Positions 18,799 to 26,593 of a stretch of DNA of 61,802 bases are shown one piece after another; the first letter of the stretch is position 1, and each line of letters opens with the position of its first letter. Under the pieces are notes generated by a model. That model worked only from the letters and a program-made list of their open reading frames with translations, was not told the origin of the DNA and did no database searches. Origin of the DNA: Acidobacteriota bacterium (GTDB lineage: Bacteria; Acidobacteriota; Terriglobia; Bryobacterales; Bryobacteraceae); the NCBI GenBank assembly GCA_005808865.1, contig SYKU01000246.1:1-61802 (forward strand), given 5' to 3'. A program made the translations under genes and the position numbers.

Positions 18799-20424
18799 TC
18801 ATTTGGCCCCGGCCCCCATCAGGTTGACAAATTCACTCCACGGCACCGAGGGGCCGTGAATGGGGGCGATCGTCGACACGTCGATACCCAGCCGCCGCAC
18901 GTGATTGTAGAAAGCCCGGTTAGCGGCCGTCGGCGCGGAAGCAGCGCCCGGAAGTTGGGGATCGTACAGATCGGCTTCGATTGCAATCTTTTCCTTCGGC
19001 AGATATGCCATCAGCATCCCCTCGACGTGCGCGAGTGGCTGAACATAAGTTATGTGCATGTTTCGCGCCCCGTCGGTCAGGACATAGTTTTCCCTCACCG
19101 TCTCGTACTGGTAGCCTTCCGATACTTCGGTCGGGGGCCACGACGAGAGCATGTCCGGCGCCAAGGTCCGCGGCGCGTAGTTCAACACATCCTGCATATA
19201 GAAGTTCAGGTTCTTCCAGTGCGTGATGATGGTTGCGCCGATGTGCATATAGGTGCGAAGCCCGCCGATGTGGTCGAAGTGCTGATGAGTGTTCACCAGG
19301 AAGCGAATGGGCTTGTTCGGAATCAGCTTCACGATCTGCTCGATCACCGCGAGATTGCGGAGTTCGTCAATCGGCGCTTCGACGACGGCGATGAAATCCT
19401 TGAACTCGACGGCTACGCTGTTGTGCGAAGCGCCACCGAGCAGAAAAACACCGTCCGCGAGTTTTTGTACGGTGACGCGCACCGGAAAGGCATCGTGACG
19501 GACTGTCTCCGGGACAGGCAGCGGGTCCGCGCAGGCATTTGCCCTGATGTTCTTGAAGGTTCCGCCGAAACCGTTGTGGCCCGCGGTAACGGTCAGGGCA
19601 CCGAAGTTGTCGTCCCATCCCTCATGATGGTGCCAGCCGGAAGGGAACTTCACGCCGTTGCCCACGTCAATGTAGCTCTCGTTCGTGAATTCATGTTCGT
19701 AATTCATGTCACCCAAAACGGGATCGGGCACCCATGTATGAATTCGTTGCAGCAGGTTTTCTTTGTTGATGGTGGCGTCGACTCTGTATTTGCCGAGCAC
19801 CGTGATGGAGACGACGGTTACTTTCTCCGGCGTCATGGTGTGGCCGTCGCGACCGGACTCACCCAACTCCCAGCGCCACACCGCTCTCGGATTTGCACCC
19901 GGCAACCGGGCAGCTTTGAGGAAGCCGTGCGGATTCAGCCATAGGTCAAGCTGCCAACGCTCGGCGTCGTCAGCACGCGCGGCAACCGGATTACTTCCGG
20001 TTCCATCGATGTGCCAGGCATGGTTACCGTTTACCGCGAAAATCTGATGCGTGTTCCGCTGGAGCGGCGTTCCGCCCTTCCAGCCTAAGCCATGTTTCCA
20101 GGAGGCCGGATTCAACCCGGGCGGGCGGTCGAACTCCTCTTTCATGGTCCGCGTTTCCCAGTTCATGGTGCGGGTGTAGGCGGTCAGCGCTTCGCCGCGC
20201 GGCCAATCCACATTCCAGCTGGATTCGACTTGTTGTCCAACCTTGCCTGAGTAGCCGGACCCGGAAATCGTGACGCATTTCAGGTTGTTGGCGCCAATCG
20301 CCTTTTCGGCGGCCAGCAAGACGGGCGCGGGATCGACGAAACCGGGGCCCAACTGGGCGACGCCCTCCACGCTCAGCAGTGGTGAGAGAATCAGGAGATA
20401 CCGTAACCGATGTGCCATGCTCAT
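18799..20424 (-). CDS. Secreted metallo-beta-lactamase-fold hydrolase
   Basis: It has the HxHxDH motif (VNTHQHFDHIGG). A signal peptide follows the start MSMAHRLRYLLILSPLL chosen at 20424. Confidence 0.7.
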   Translation of the reverse strand: MSMAHRLRYLLILSPLLSVEGVAQLGPGFVDPAPVLLAAEKAIGANNLKCVTISGSGYSGKVGQQVESSWNVDWPRGEALTAYTRTMNWETRTMKEEFDRPPGLNPASWKHGLGWKGGTPLQRNTHQIFAVNGNHAWHIDGTGSNPVAARADDAERWQLDLWLNPHGFLKAARLPGANPRAVWRWELGESGRDGHTMTPEKVTVVSITVLGKYRVDATINKENLLQRIHTWVPDPVLGDMNYEHEFTNESYIDVGNGVKFPSGWHHHEGWDDNFGALTVTAGHNGFGGTFKNIRANACADPLPVPETVRHDAFPVRVTVQKLADGVFLLGGASHNSVAVEFKDFIAVVEAPIDELRNLAVIEQIVKLIPNKPIRFLVNTHQHFDHIGGLRTYMHIGATIITHWKNLNFYMQDVLNYAPRTLAPDMLSSWPPTEVSEGYQYETVRENYVLTDGARNMHITYVQPLAHVEGMLMAYLPKEKIAIEADLYDPQLPGAASAPTAANRAFYNHVRRLGIDVSTIAPIHGPSVPWSEFVNLMGAGAK

Positions 20425-20805
20425 CCTTCGACCCCCTATCTTAGCCGCAAAACGGTAAGTTTTGCCTGGTCCGGCGGAGTGTCCGGATGAGCGGCAGGGT
20501 CGTTTCTCGCTTTTTATCGAGCGGGTGCGGCGCCGGTGTCGATGGGCGCACTTTCCCATAATGGGACATTAGCGTCGTTTCGCAATCTTTCATTTCAAAT
20601 CTCCGGTCCCCGCATTAACATAGATCGTTCGACCCTTCCGCTATCGTGGATTGTACACAACAGGACTTCCTGCGCGGGGCCGCCTGGAGCTAAGACGGCG
20701 GATCGCTTGCTCCTGACTTCAGGCCCATCCGTCGATTGGAATGGGGTTTCCGTCACCCGGTCAGCTCCGTCATGTTCCCTGCGGTTACAATGGACCTTCA
20801 TTCCC

Positions 20806-21840
20806 TTGAAAAAGATTCTCATCCGTGCCACCAACTGGCTGGGCGACGCCGTCATGTCGCTGCCCGCGCTGCGGGTGGTTCGCGAACGGTTCCCGTCCGC
20901 CGAAATCTCCGTGCTCGCACGGCCCTGGGTGGCCGACCTTTACGCCCGCGAGTCCTTTGTCGACCGCGTTATCCCATACACTCCCGCCGGCGGTTTCCAC
21001 TATTTGGCCGCGAAACGCCGCGCTGCGGCCAGCCTCCGAGCCGAGTGCTTCGACTGCGCCATTCTCTTTCAAAACGCCTTTGAAGCCGCCGCAATCGTCT
21101 GGCTTGCCGATATCCCGCGGCGCGTCGGCTACGCCCGGGATGGACGCGGATGGCTTCTCACGGACCCGGTTCCCGTCCCGCGACACGGGGAAATCCCACG
21201 TCACGAGCGCTTCTACTATCTGGAACTCCTCCGCCGCGCGGGGCTCGGTCCCGAACTCCCGGCCAACCCGCCGGTCCGTCTCGCGAATCCATGCACAGAC
21301 CGCGAGTTGCGCATCGGTATCAGCCCGGGCGCGGCATATGGGACAGCCAAACGCTGGCTGCCTGAACGCTTCGCGGAAACCGCCGTCAACGTTGCGCGTG
21401 AACACGGCGCCGCTGTCGCTTTGTTTGGCTCCGCCTCCGAACGGGCGCTCTGCGAGCAGGTCGGTGCAGTCGTCCGAGCCTCAGGCGTCGCGGTCCATAA
21501 CTATGCCGGCGAAACGTCGCTCCGCGAATTCATGGATCTCGCCGCGCGATGCCGCATCTTTCTGACCAACGACTCGGGAGCGATGCACACCGCCTCCGCG
21601 CTCGGCGTGCCGACGCTCGCCGTCTTCGGAGCAACCGACGACGTAACTACCGGCCCCACGGGCGGCTTCGCCCGCGTCCTGAGGAGGCACGTGGAATGCA
21701 GCCCTTGCCTGCTGCGTGAATGCCCCATCGACCATCGCTGCATGACTGCCGTTACCGTCGATAGCGCCACAGCCGCCGCGCTGTTATTGTGGAAGGAGTC
21801 GGAAAGAGAAGCGCCTTGGACACCAGAAGCAAAATCATAG
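20806..21840 (+). CDS. waaF: GT9 ADP-heptose:LPS heptosyltransferase (type II-like)
   Basis: Motifs are KKILIRATNWLGDAVMSLPAL and TNDSGAMHTASALGVPTLAVFGAT. The only plausible start before the conserved N-terminus is TTG 20806. The assignment to type II is tentative. Confidence 0.7.
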   Translation: MKKILIRATNWLGDAVMSLPALRVVRERFPSAEISVLARPWVADLYARESFVDRVIPYTPAGGFHYLAAKRRAAASLRAECFDCAILFQNAFEAAAIVWLADIPRRVGYARDGRGWLLTDPVPVPRHGEIPRHERFYYLELLRRAGLGPELPANPPVRLANPCTDRELRIGISPGAAYGTAKRWLPERFAETAVNVAREHGAAVALFGSASERALCEQVGAVVRASGVAVHNYAGETSLREFMDLAARCRIFLTNDSGAMHTASALGVPTLAVFGATDDVTTGPTGGFARVLRRHVECSPCLLRECPIDHRCMTAVTVDSATAAALLLWKESEREAPWTPEAKS

Positions 21841-22190
21841 ACGACGCGCGCGCCGGCGAGTTGCGGACAGATCACCCGGAGATGCGGTTCGTGACCGGAT
21901 ACTTTGACGTTCTCGTCCCTTCCCAGGTCCGCACGCTCCAACAGCTTGCTTCCGGCGAGACGCCGGATGAGTGTCGGCCCCTGATGGCGGTTGTCGTCGA
22001 TCCGCCCGCGCCGCTTCTCAACGCCCGCGCCCGAGCCGAGTTGGCCGCGGGCCTCGCCGTGATAGACTACGTGTTGCTCGCCTCAGGCGTAAAGCCCGAG
22101 TGGCTCACAGACGCCGTGTCGCTCGAAGCGGAGCATGAAGGGAGCCGCCAGAATCTGATTGCCCATGTCCACAGGAGACACTCAGGATAG
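21789..22190 (+). CDS. Cytidylyltransferase-like (RfaE/HldE domain II-like) protein with a degenerate HIGH motif
   Basis: FVTGYFDVLVPSQV aligns to FTNGCFDILHAGHV of HldE domain II. LMAVVVD aligns to LIVAVNSD and LAVIDYVLL to LEAVDWVVSF. The start is uncertain among 21789, 21816 and 21882. Confidence 0.5.
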   Translation: MEGVGKRSALDTRSKIIDDARAGELRTDHPEMRFVTGYFDVLVPSQVRTLQQLASGETPDECRPLMAVVVDPPAPLLNARARAELAAGLAVIDYVLLASGVKPEWLTDAVSLEAEHEGSRQNLIAHVHRRHSG

Positions 22191-23106
22191 CGTTCTCGCC
22201 GTCAGGCTGGGCGCGATGGGCGACATTATTCACTCCCTGCCCGCAGTCGCGTCCTTCGGCACGGTGACCTGGGTAATCGAGCCGCGTTGGTTTCCGCTTC
22301 TTGAAGGAAATCCTTCAGTCGCCCGAATCGTGCCGTTTGACCGCCGTACGCTGGGAGGAATCCGGCACGCCTGGCGCGACGTCCGCAGGGAACCGTTCAG
22401 GGTCGCGGTCGATTTCCAGGGCCTCATCAAGTCCGCTCTAGTCTGCGCATCCGCGCGCGCACACACCGTAGCCGGGTTCGCTCACCCAAGGGAGTCCCTC
22501 GCAGCTTTCGCGTACAACCTAAAGGTCACGCCTGTAACAATGCACGTGGTCGACCGCAACCTGGAACTTGCCCGGGCGGCCGGGGCACGCTTGACGGCCA
22601 CCGTTTTTCCGCTCCCGCCCGGCCGGCCCGAGGGCAACCTGCCTTCCGGCGATTTTGTCCTGGCCAGCCCCTTCGCGGGGTGGGGATCGAAGCAGTGGCC
22701 AATTGAAAACTACGCGAAGCTGGCTTCGCGATTACCACTGGTTGTGAACGGGCCGCCGGGCTCGGAAGCCGGGCTCGCGTCCGTCGCGGGGGCGCACGTT
22801 CACCTTTCGGGAATCGACGGGCTGATCGACGCCACACGGCGCGCGACGTTTGTCGTGGGAGTGGATAGCGGCCCCATGCACCTCGCCGCCGCGCTCGGGA
22901 AGCCGGGCGTTGCCCTGTTTGGCCCAACCGACCCGGCGAGGAACGGCCCTTATGGCGGCACTTTTCACGTACTTCGCGATCCGGATGCGGTAACCTCTTA
23001 TAAGCGCGGCGCGGTTCCCGACTCGAGCATGAGGTCCATATCGCCCGACGCGGTTTTCGATGCCATCGACCGATACAGCCAACACAGGACGCTACTGGTT
23101 TCCTAA
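22165..23106 (+). CDS. GT9 glycosyltransferase (heptosyltransferase I-like)
   Basis: Motifs are VLAVRLGAMGDIIHSLPAV and VGVDSGPMHLAAALGKPGVALFGPTDP. The start is ATG 22165, with TTG 22159 also possible. Confidence 0.7.
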   Translation: MSTGDTQDSVLAVRLGAMGDIIHSLPAVASFGTVTWVIEPRWFPLLEGNPSVARIVPFDRRTLGGIRHAWRDVRREPFRVAVDFQGLIKSALVCASARAHTVAGFAHPRESLAAFAYNLKVTPVTMHVVDRNLELARAAGARLTATVFPLPPGRPEGNLPSGDFVLASPFAGWGSKQWPIENYAKLASRLPLVVNGPPGSEAGLASVAGAHVHLSGIDGLIDATRRATFVVGVDSGPMHLAAALGKPGVALFGPTDPARNGPYGGTFHVLRDPDAVTSYKRGAVPDSSMRSISPDAVFDAIDRYSQHRTLLVS

Positions 23107-23641
23107 GCGCTACGCCGACACGGTCGCGCGTCTCCGTGTCCCGAGCGGATTCCTGCTCGTCGCGGCGTTTGCCTATTACTCAGACCCCACTGCTCTCACT
23201 GCCGGTATCGGCCTGCCGTTGTCCGCGGGAGGCCTGTGGCTCCGGGCCTGGGCGGCCGGGCATCTTTCCAAGAACAAAGAGCTTGCGCAATCGGGGCCAT
23301 ACGCGTGGACCCGCAACCCGCTCTATCTGGGTACGTTACTGGTTGCCTTCGGGCTGGCGATCGCTGCCCGGCGTCCCGGCTTGACACTGCTGTACGCCGC
23401 GGTTTTCGCGTTCGTCTATCTTCCCGTCATCGAACTCGAGGAGCAGCACCTGCGCGCGCTCTTTCCGGGATATGAAGCTTATGCGTCGGCGGTCCCACGA
23501 CTCGGCTTCGGACGCCCGATAACCAGCACCGGCGATTCCCGGCCCTTCAGCATACACCTCTACCTGAAGAACCAAGAATATCAGGCACTTGCCGGGTTCC
23601 TGGCAGGGGCCTTGCTGATCATATGGAAGGTGCTACTGTGA
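23060..23641 (+). CDS. ICMT/PEMT-family integral-membrane methyltransferase
   Basis: It has multiple TM segments. The signature GPYAWTRNPLYLGTLL is followed by EEQHLRALFP. Confidence 0.65.
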   Translation: MPSTDTANTGRYWFPKRYADTVARLRVPSGFLLVAAFAYYSDPTALTAGIGLPLSAGGLWLRAWAAGHLSKNKELAQSGPYAWTRNPLYLGTLLVAFGLAIAARRPGLTLLYAAVFAFVYLPVIELEEQHLRALFPGYEAYASAVPRLGFGRPITSTGDSRPFSIHLYLKNQEYQALAGFLAGALLIIWKVLL

Positions 23642-23741
23642 AGTCGGCCGCACCCCTCCGCCTTAAAGACAGGAGGTGTAGCTTCTGAAGCGCGCCGTTT
23701 TCATCCTGTTCCTGCTCACTGTCGGCTTCTACTGGAAACTT

Positions 23742-25841
23742 GTGCTCACCCGGCAATATACCTGGTACGACCACCCCGACATGATCTATATCGAAGTGCC
23801 GCGCCTCAACTTTCAGGCGCGAGAGATCCATGCCGGACGCTTTCCGCTTTGGGATCCTCACATCTGGGCCGGACAGCCTCTGATCGGACAGACGCAGCCG
23901 GGTCCGCTTTACCCTCTGAACCTCCTGCTATACCTTTTTCCCCTAAAAGACGGATATCTGAAAGCAGCCTATCTTAATGGCTACTTCGTTGTGATCCACT
24001 TCCTCGCGGCCTTGTTTTGCTATCTTTTTGCGAGGGATCTCGGGCGAAGCCAGGCGGCCGGCGTCATTGGGGCTTGTGTCTTCGCTTTTGGCGGCTTCAT
24101 CGGGTCGGTGGCGTGGCTTGACGTCGTGAACGGCGCCATCTGGACACCACTCATTTTCCTGTTCCTGTTCAGGGCCGCGAGGGGGCAGACACCCGAAAGG
24201 AGCGCGGCCTTTGGGGGGCTGTTCCTCGGAATTGCGTGGCTCTGCGGGCACCACGAAATCCCCATGATGGTCTCCTACCTGGCCGGGGCGACATGGCTGT
24301 TTCATGTCTGGAGAGACCGCAAACTGATCCGTCCCGCGGCATTGTTTTTTCTCGTGATGTTTCTCATATCCGCGGTGCAAACCATTCCCACATATGAATT
24401 TGGACGGCTTTCGCATCGCTGGGTCGGTCTGGACCATCCTATCGGTTGGAACGATACGATCCCGTATGTCGCCCACGGGGTCTATTCGATGCCGGTGCAC
24501 GGCATTCTTGGCCTGTTTGTGCGTGGTGTCAACGCGGCCGACTCCAGTCCGTTTCTCGGGATGATCGCGGTGGCATTGGCTGCGCTCGGTGTCGCCGCCT
24601 CATGGGACAACCGCTACGTGCGTTGGCTCACGCTCGTGGGGGCCGGAGCGACCGTCTACGCCCTTGGTGCCGCAACCCCCTTTCACGGGGTGCTATACGC
24701 GATCTTGCCGCTTCTTGGGAAGGCCCGCATCCCGGTGCGTGCCATCCATGTTACGGGATTCGCGGTGGCGGTTCTCGCTACTTATGGAGTAGACGCGGTC
24801 TTTGAAGGCTCCGTCTGGGTGCGCCGCATCGCGATCACGCTCGCCGCGATTGCTGGCGCTGTCACGTTGACCGTCATCGCGTTCCGGAATGCGCCCGATG
24901 AAGCGCTCGTCCTCTCGGCAATTCTGGGCGCCGTGTTCGCGCTCCTCGTGGTGAAGCGGGACGCCCTCACCCGCCGGGCGTTGGTGGGCTCGGTCGCGGC
25001 TCTGGTGCTTATCGAGCTTGCGGGCCTCCAAAACTTTCCGAACCGCTATCAGAAGGACAAGAACTTATTCATCAGAAAGTTGTCACAGGAAGCTGATATC
25101 GTGGGCTTTATCCGTTCGCAAAGAGGTCCTGTCCGGGTTGCCGTCAACGATACGGACATTCCCATGAATTTCGGCGACTGGCACGGCATCGACATGCTCC
25201 AAGGCTATATGGCCGGAGTCAGCGACAATATTTACCGGCTTGAGTTGCACACGGAACGGTCGCAGAGGCTACTCGCCGTAACTCATTCGGTCGGCAAGAG
25301 ACCGGACTTCCCGAACTGGCCGGAAGCCTTCGCGGGCGAATCGGGCATTAAGGTCTGGCGGAATCCCGACCCGATGCCCCGCGCCTGGGCGGTTCACGAG
25401 GCAATCGGGGTCAAGTCTGAAACGGACCTGCGGCGTCTGATTCAGGACCCCGGTACCGACCTCTCCCGAAAGGCGATAATGCTTGGCCCGGCACCGCCTT
25501 TGAAAACCTGTGCAGGGACCGATCAAGTGCGGATAGACTCCTCAAGCCCCGATAGGGCGAGGCTCTCGGTGGACTTGGCTTGCGCAGGTCTGGTTGTGCT
25601 GGCGGACGTGAACTTCCCTGGGTGGCAGGTGGAAGTGGACGGCGTTCGGGCACCGCTACTCGAAGCCTACGGGGCGCTCAAGGGTGTTGTCACGCCGACC
25701 GGCCGGCACACCGTCGAGTTCCGGTTCCGGCCCTTATCCGTCTATGCTGGAGTTCTGTTAACAGTAATAGGATTAATAATTTGCGGCTATTTTTTGAAGT
25801 ACCAAAGCCAGAATCTTTCTTCTCCGGCTCCAACTCGGTAG
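23742..25841 (+). CDS. YfhO-like polytopic membrane protein (glycan/lipid-carrier transferase-like)
   Basis: The N-terminal motif is FPLWDPHIWAGQPLIGQTQPGPLYPLN, followed by more than 10 TM segments and a C-terminal soluble domain. The real start may be CTG 23685, 8 nt after a perfect AGGAGG. Confidence 0.6.
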   Translation: MLTRQYTWYDHPDMIYIEVPRLNFQAREIHAGRFPLWDPHIWAGQPLIGQTQPGPLYPLNLLLYLFPLKDGYLKAAYLNGYFVVIHFLAALFCYLFARDLGRSQAAGVIGACVFAFGGFIGSVAWLDVVNGAIWTPLIFLFLFRAARGQTPERSAAFGGLFLGIAWLCGHHEIPMMVSYLAGATWLFHVWRDRKLIRPAALFFLVMFLISAVQTIPTYEFGRLSHRWVGLDHPIGWNDTIPYVAHGVYSMPVHGILGLFVRGVNAADSSPFLGMIAVALAALGVAASWDNRYVRWLTLVGAGATVYALGAATPFHGVLYAILPLLGKARIPVRAIHVTGFAVAVLATYGVDAVFEGSVWVRRIAITLAAIAGAVTLTVIAFRNAPDEALVLSAILGAVFALLVVKRDALTRRALVGSVAALVLIELAGLQNFPNRYQKDKNLFIRKLSQEADIVGFIRSQRGPVRVAVNDTDIPMNFGDWHGIDMLQGYMAGVSDNIYRLELHTERSQRLLAVTHSVGKRPDFPNWPEAFAGESGIKVWRNPDPMPRAWAVHEAIGVKSETDLRRLIQDPGTDLSRKAIMLGPAPPLKTCAGTDQVRIDSSSPDRARLSVDLACAGLVVLADVNFPGWQVEVDGVRAPLLEAYGALKGVVTPTGRHTVEFRFRPLSVYAGVLLTVIGLIICGYFLKYQSQNLSSPAPTR

Positions 25842-26455
25842 CGAGCCTCAAACCCGCATCGCTCCGCCATCGCGACGGCGTCTTCATCTGAAAACGGAAG
25901 CCCGAACCAAGTGCCTTCCTTGTCCGCCGCCATTCCAAGGAATCCCTGGACCTCGAACTTGAAGAGACTTCCTGGCCGCAACAGCCGGTGGACTTCCCGA
26001 ACATACGTTTCGATCACTGCCAAGCTGCCTATGTGGTGAAAAACACAGGTTGAGAATGCGAAGTCGAACTGGCGATCCCCGAGCACGGACAAATCCGCTC
26101 CGCTGTTCTGGTAGACATAGGCATTCGGGCGAGCCTCCAGTCCCCTGCGCGCCTGCAACACCATCTCCCCGCTTACATCCACGGCATGAACTTCGCCAAA
26201 AACTTCCGCCAGGGCTCGCGTCACCCTCCCGGCCCCGCAGCCGATTTCGAGAACGCACATCTCTCCAGGGGTCTTTCCCTGGCAGACGTTGTACATGTCG
26301 GTGAGGATCTCCTGCGCCAACGTCTGTTCGCCGGAGCGATAGAAATCCTCTTCCGACCAATCCTCGCGGCAATTCGCGATGTAATACTTTCCGTTTTCGC
26401 GCGCACGGGCGTCCCACTCGTTCCGCATCCGTTCGAGCAATTCGTCGAAGGCCAT
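25787..26455 (-). CDS. Class I SAM-dependent methyltransferase
   Basis: Motif I is VLEIGCGAGRVT. DFAFSTCVFHH is present. It converges on yfhO-like with a 55-nt overlap. Confidence 0.8.
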   Translation of the reverse strand: MAFDELLERMRNEWDARARENGKYYIANCREDWSEEDFYRSGEQTLAQEILTDMYNVCQGKTPGEMCVLEIGCGAGRVTRALAEVFGEVHAVDVSGEMVLQARRGLEARPNAYVYQNSGADLSVLGDRQFDFAFSTCVFHHIGSLAVIETYVREVHRLLRPGSLFKFEVQGFLGMAADKEGTWFGLPFSDEDAVAMAERCGFEARYRVGAGEERFWLWYFKK

Positions 26456-26593
26456 AGGTTGAGCTTATCGCGAAAACGGGCCGAGTGCACGAAAGCGTGC
26501 ACGCTGGTTGTTTTCAGCCACCCCAGGACTCTCGTATTGCTAAATTAATCAACCACTTAGGTGCGGACCTCAAACTGCAGCACCAAAGGTGCT

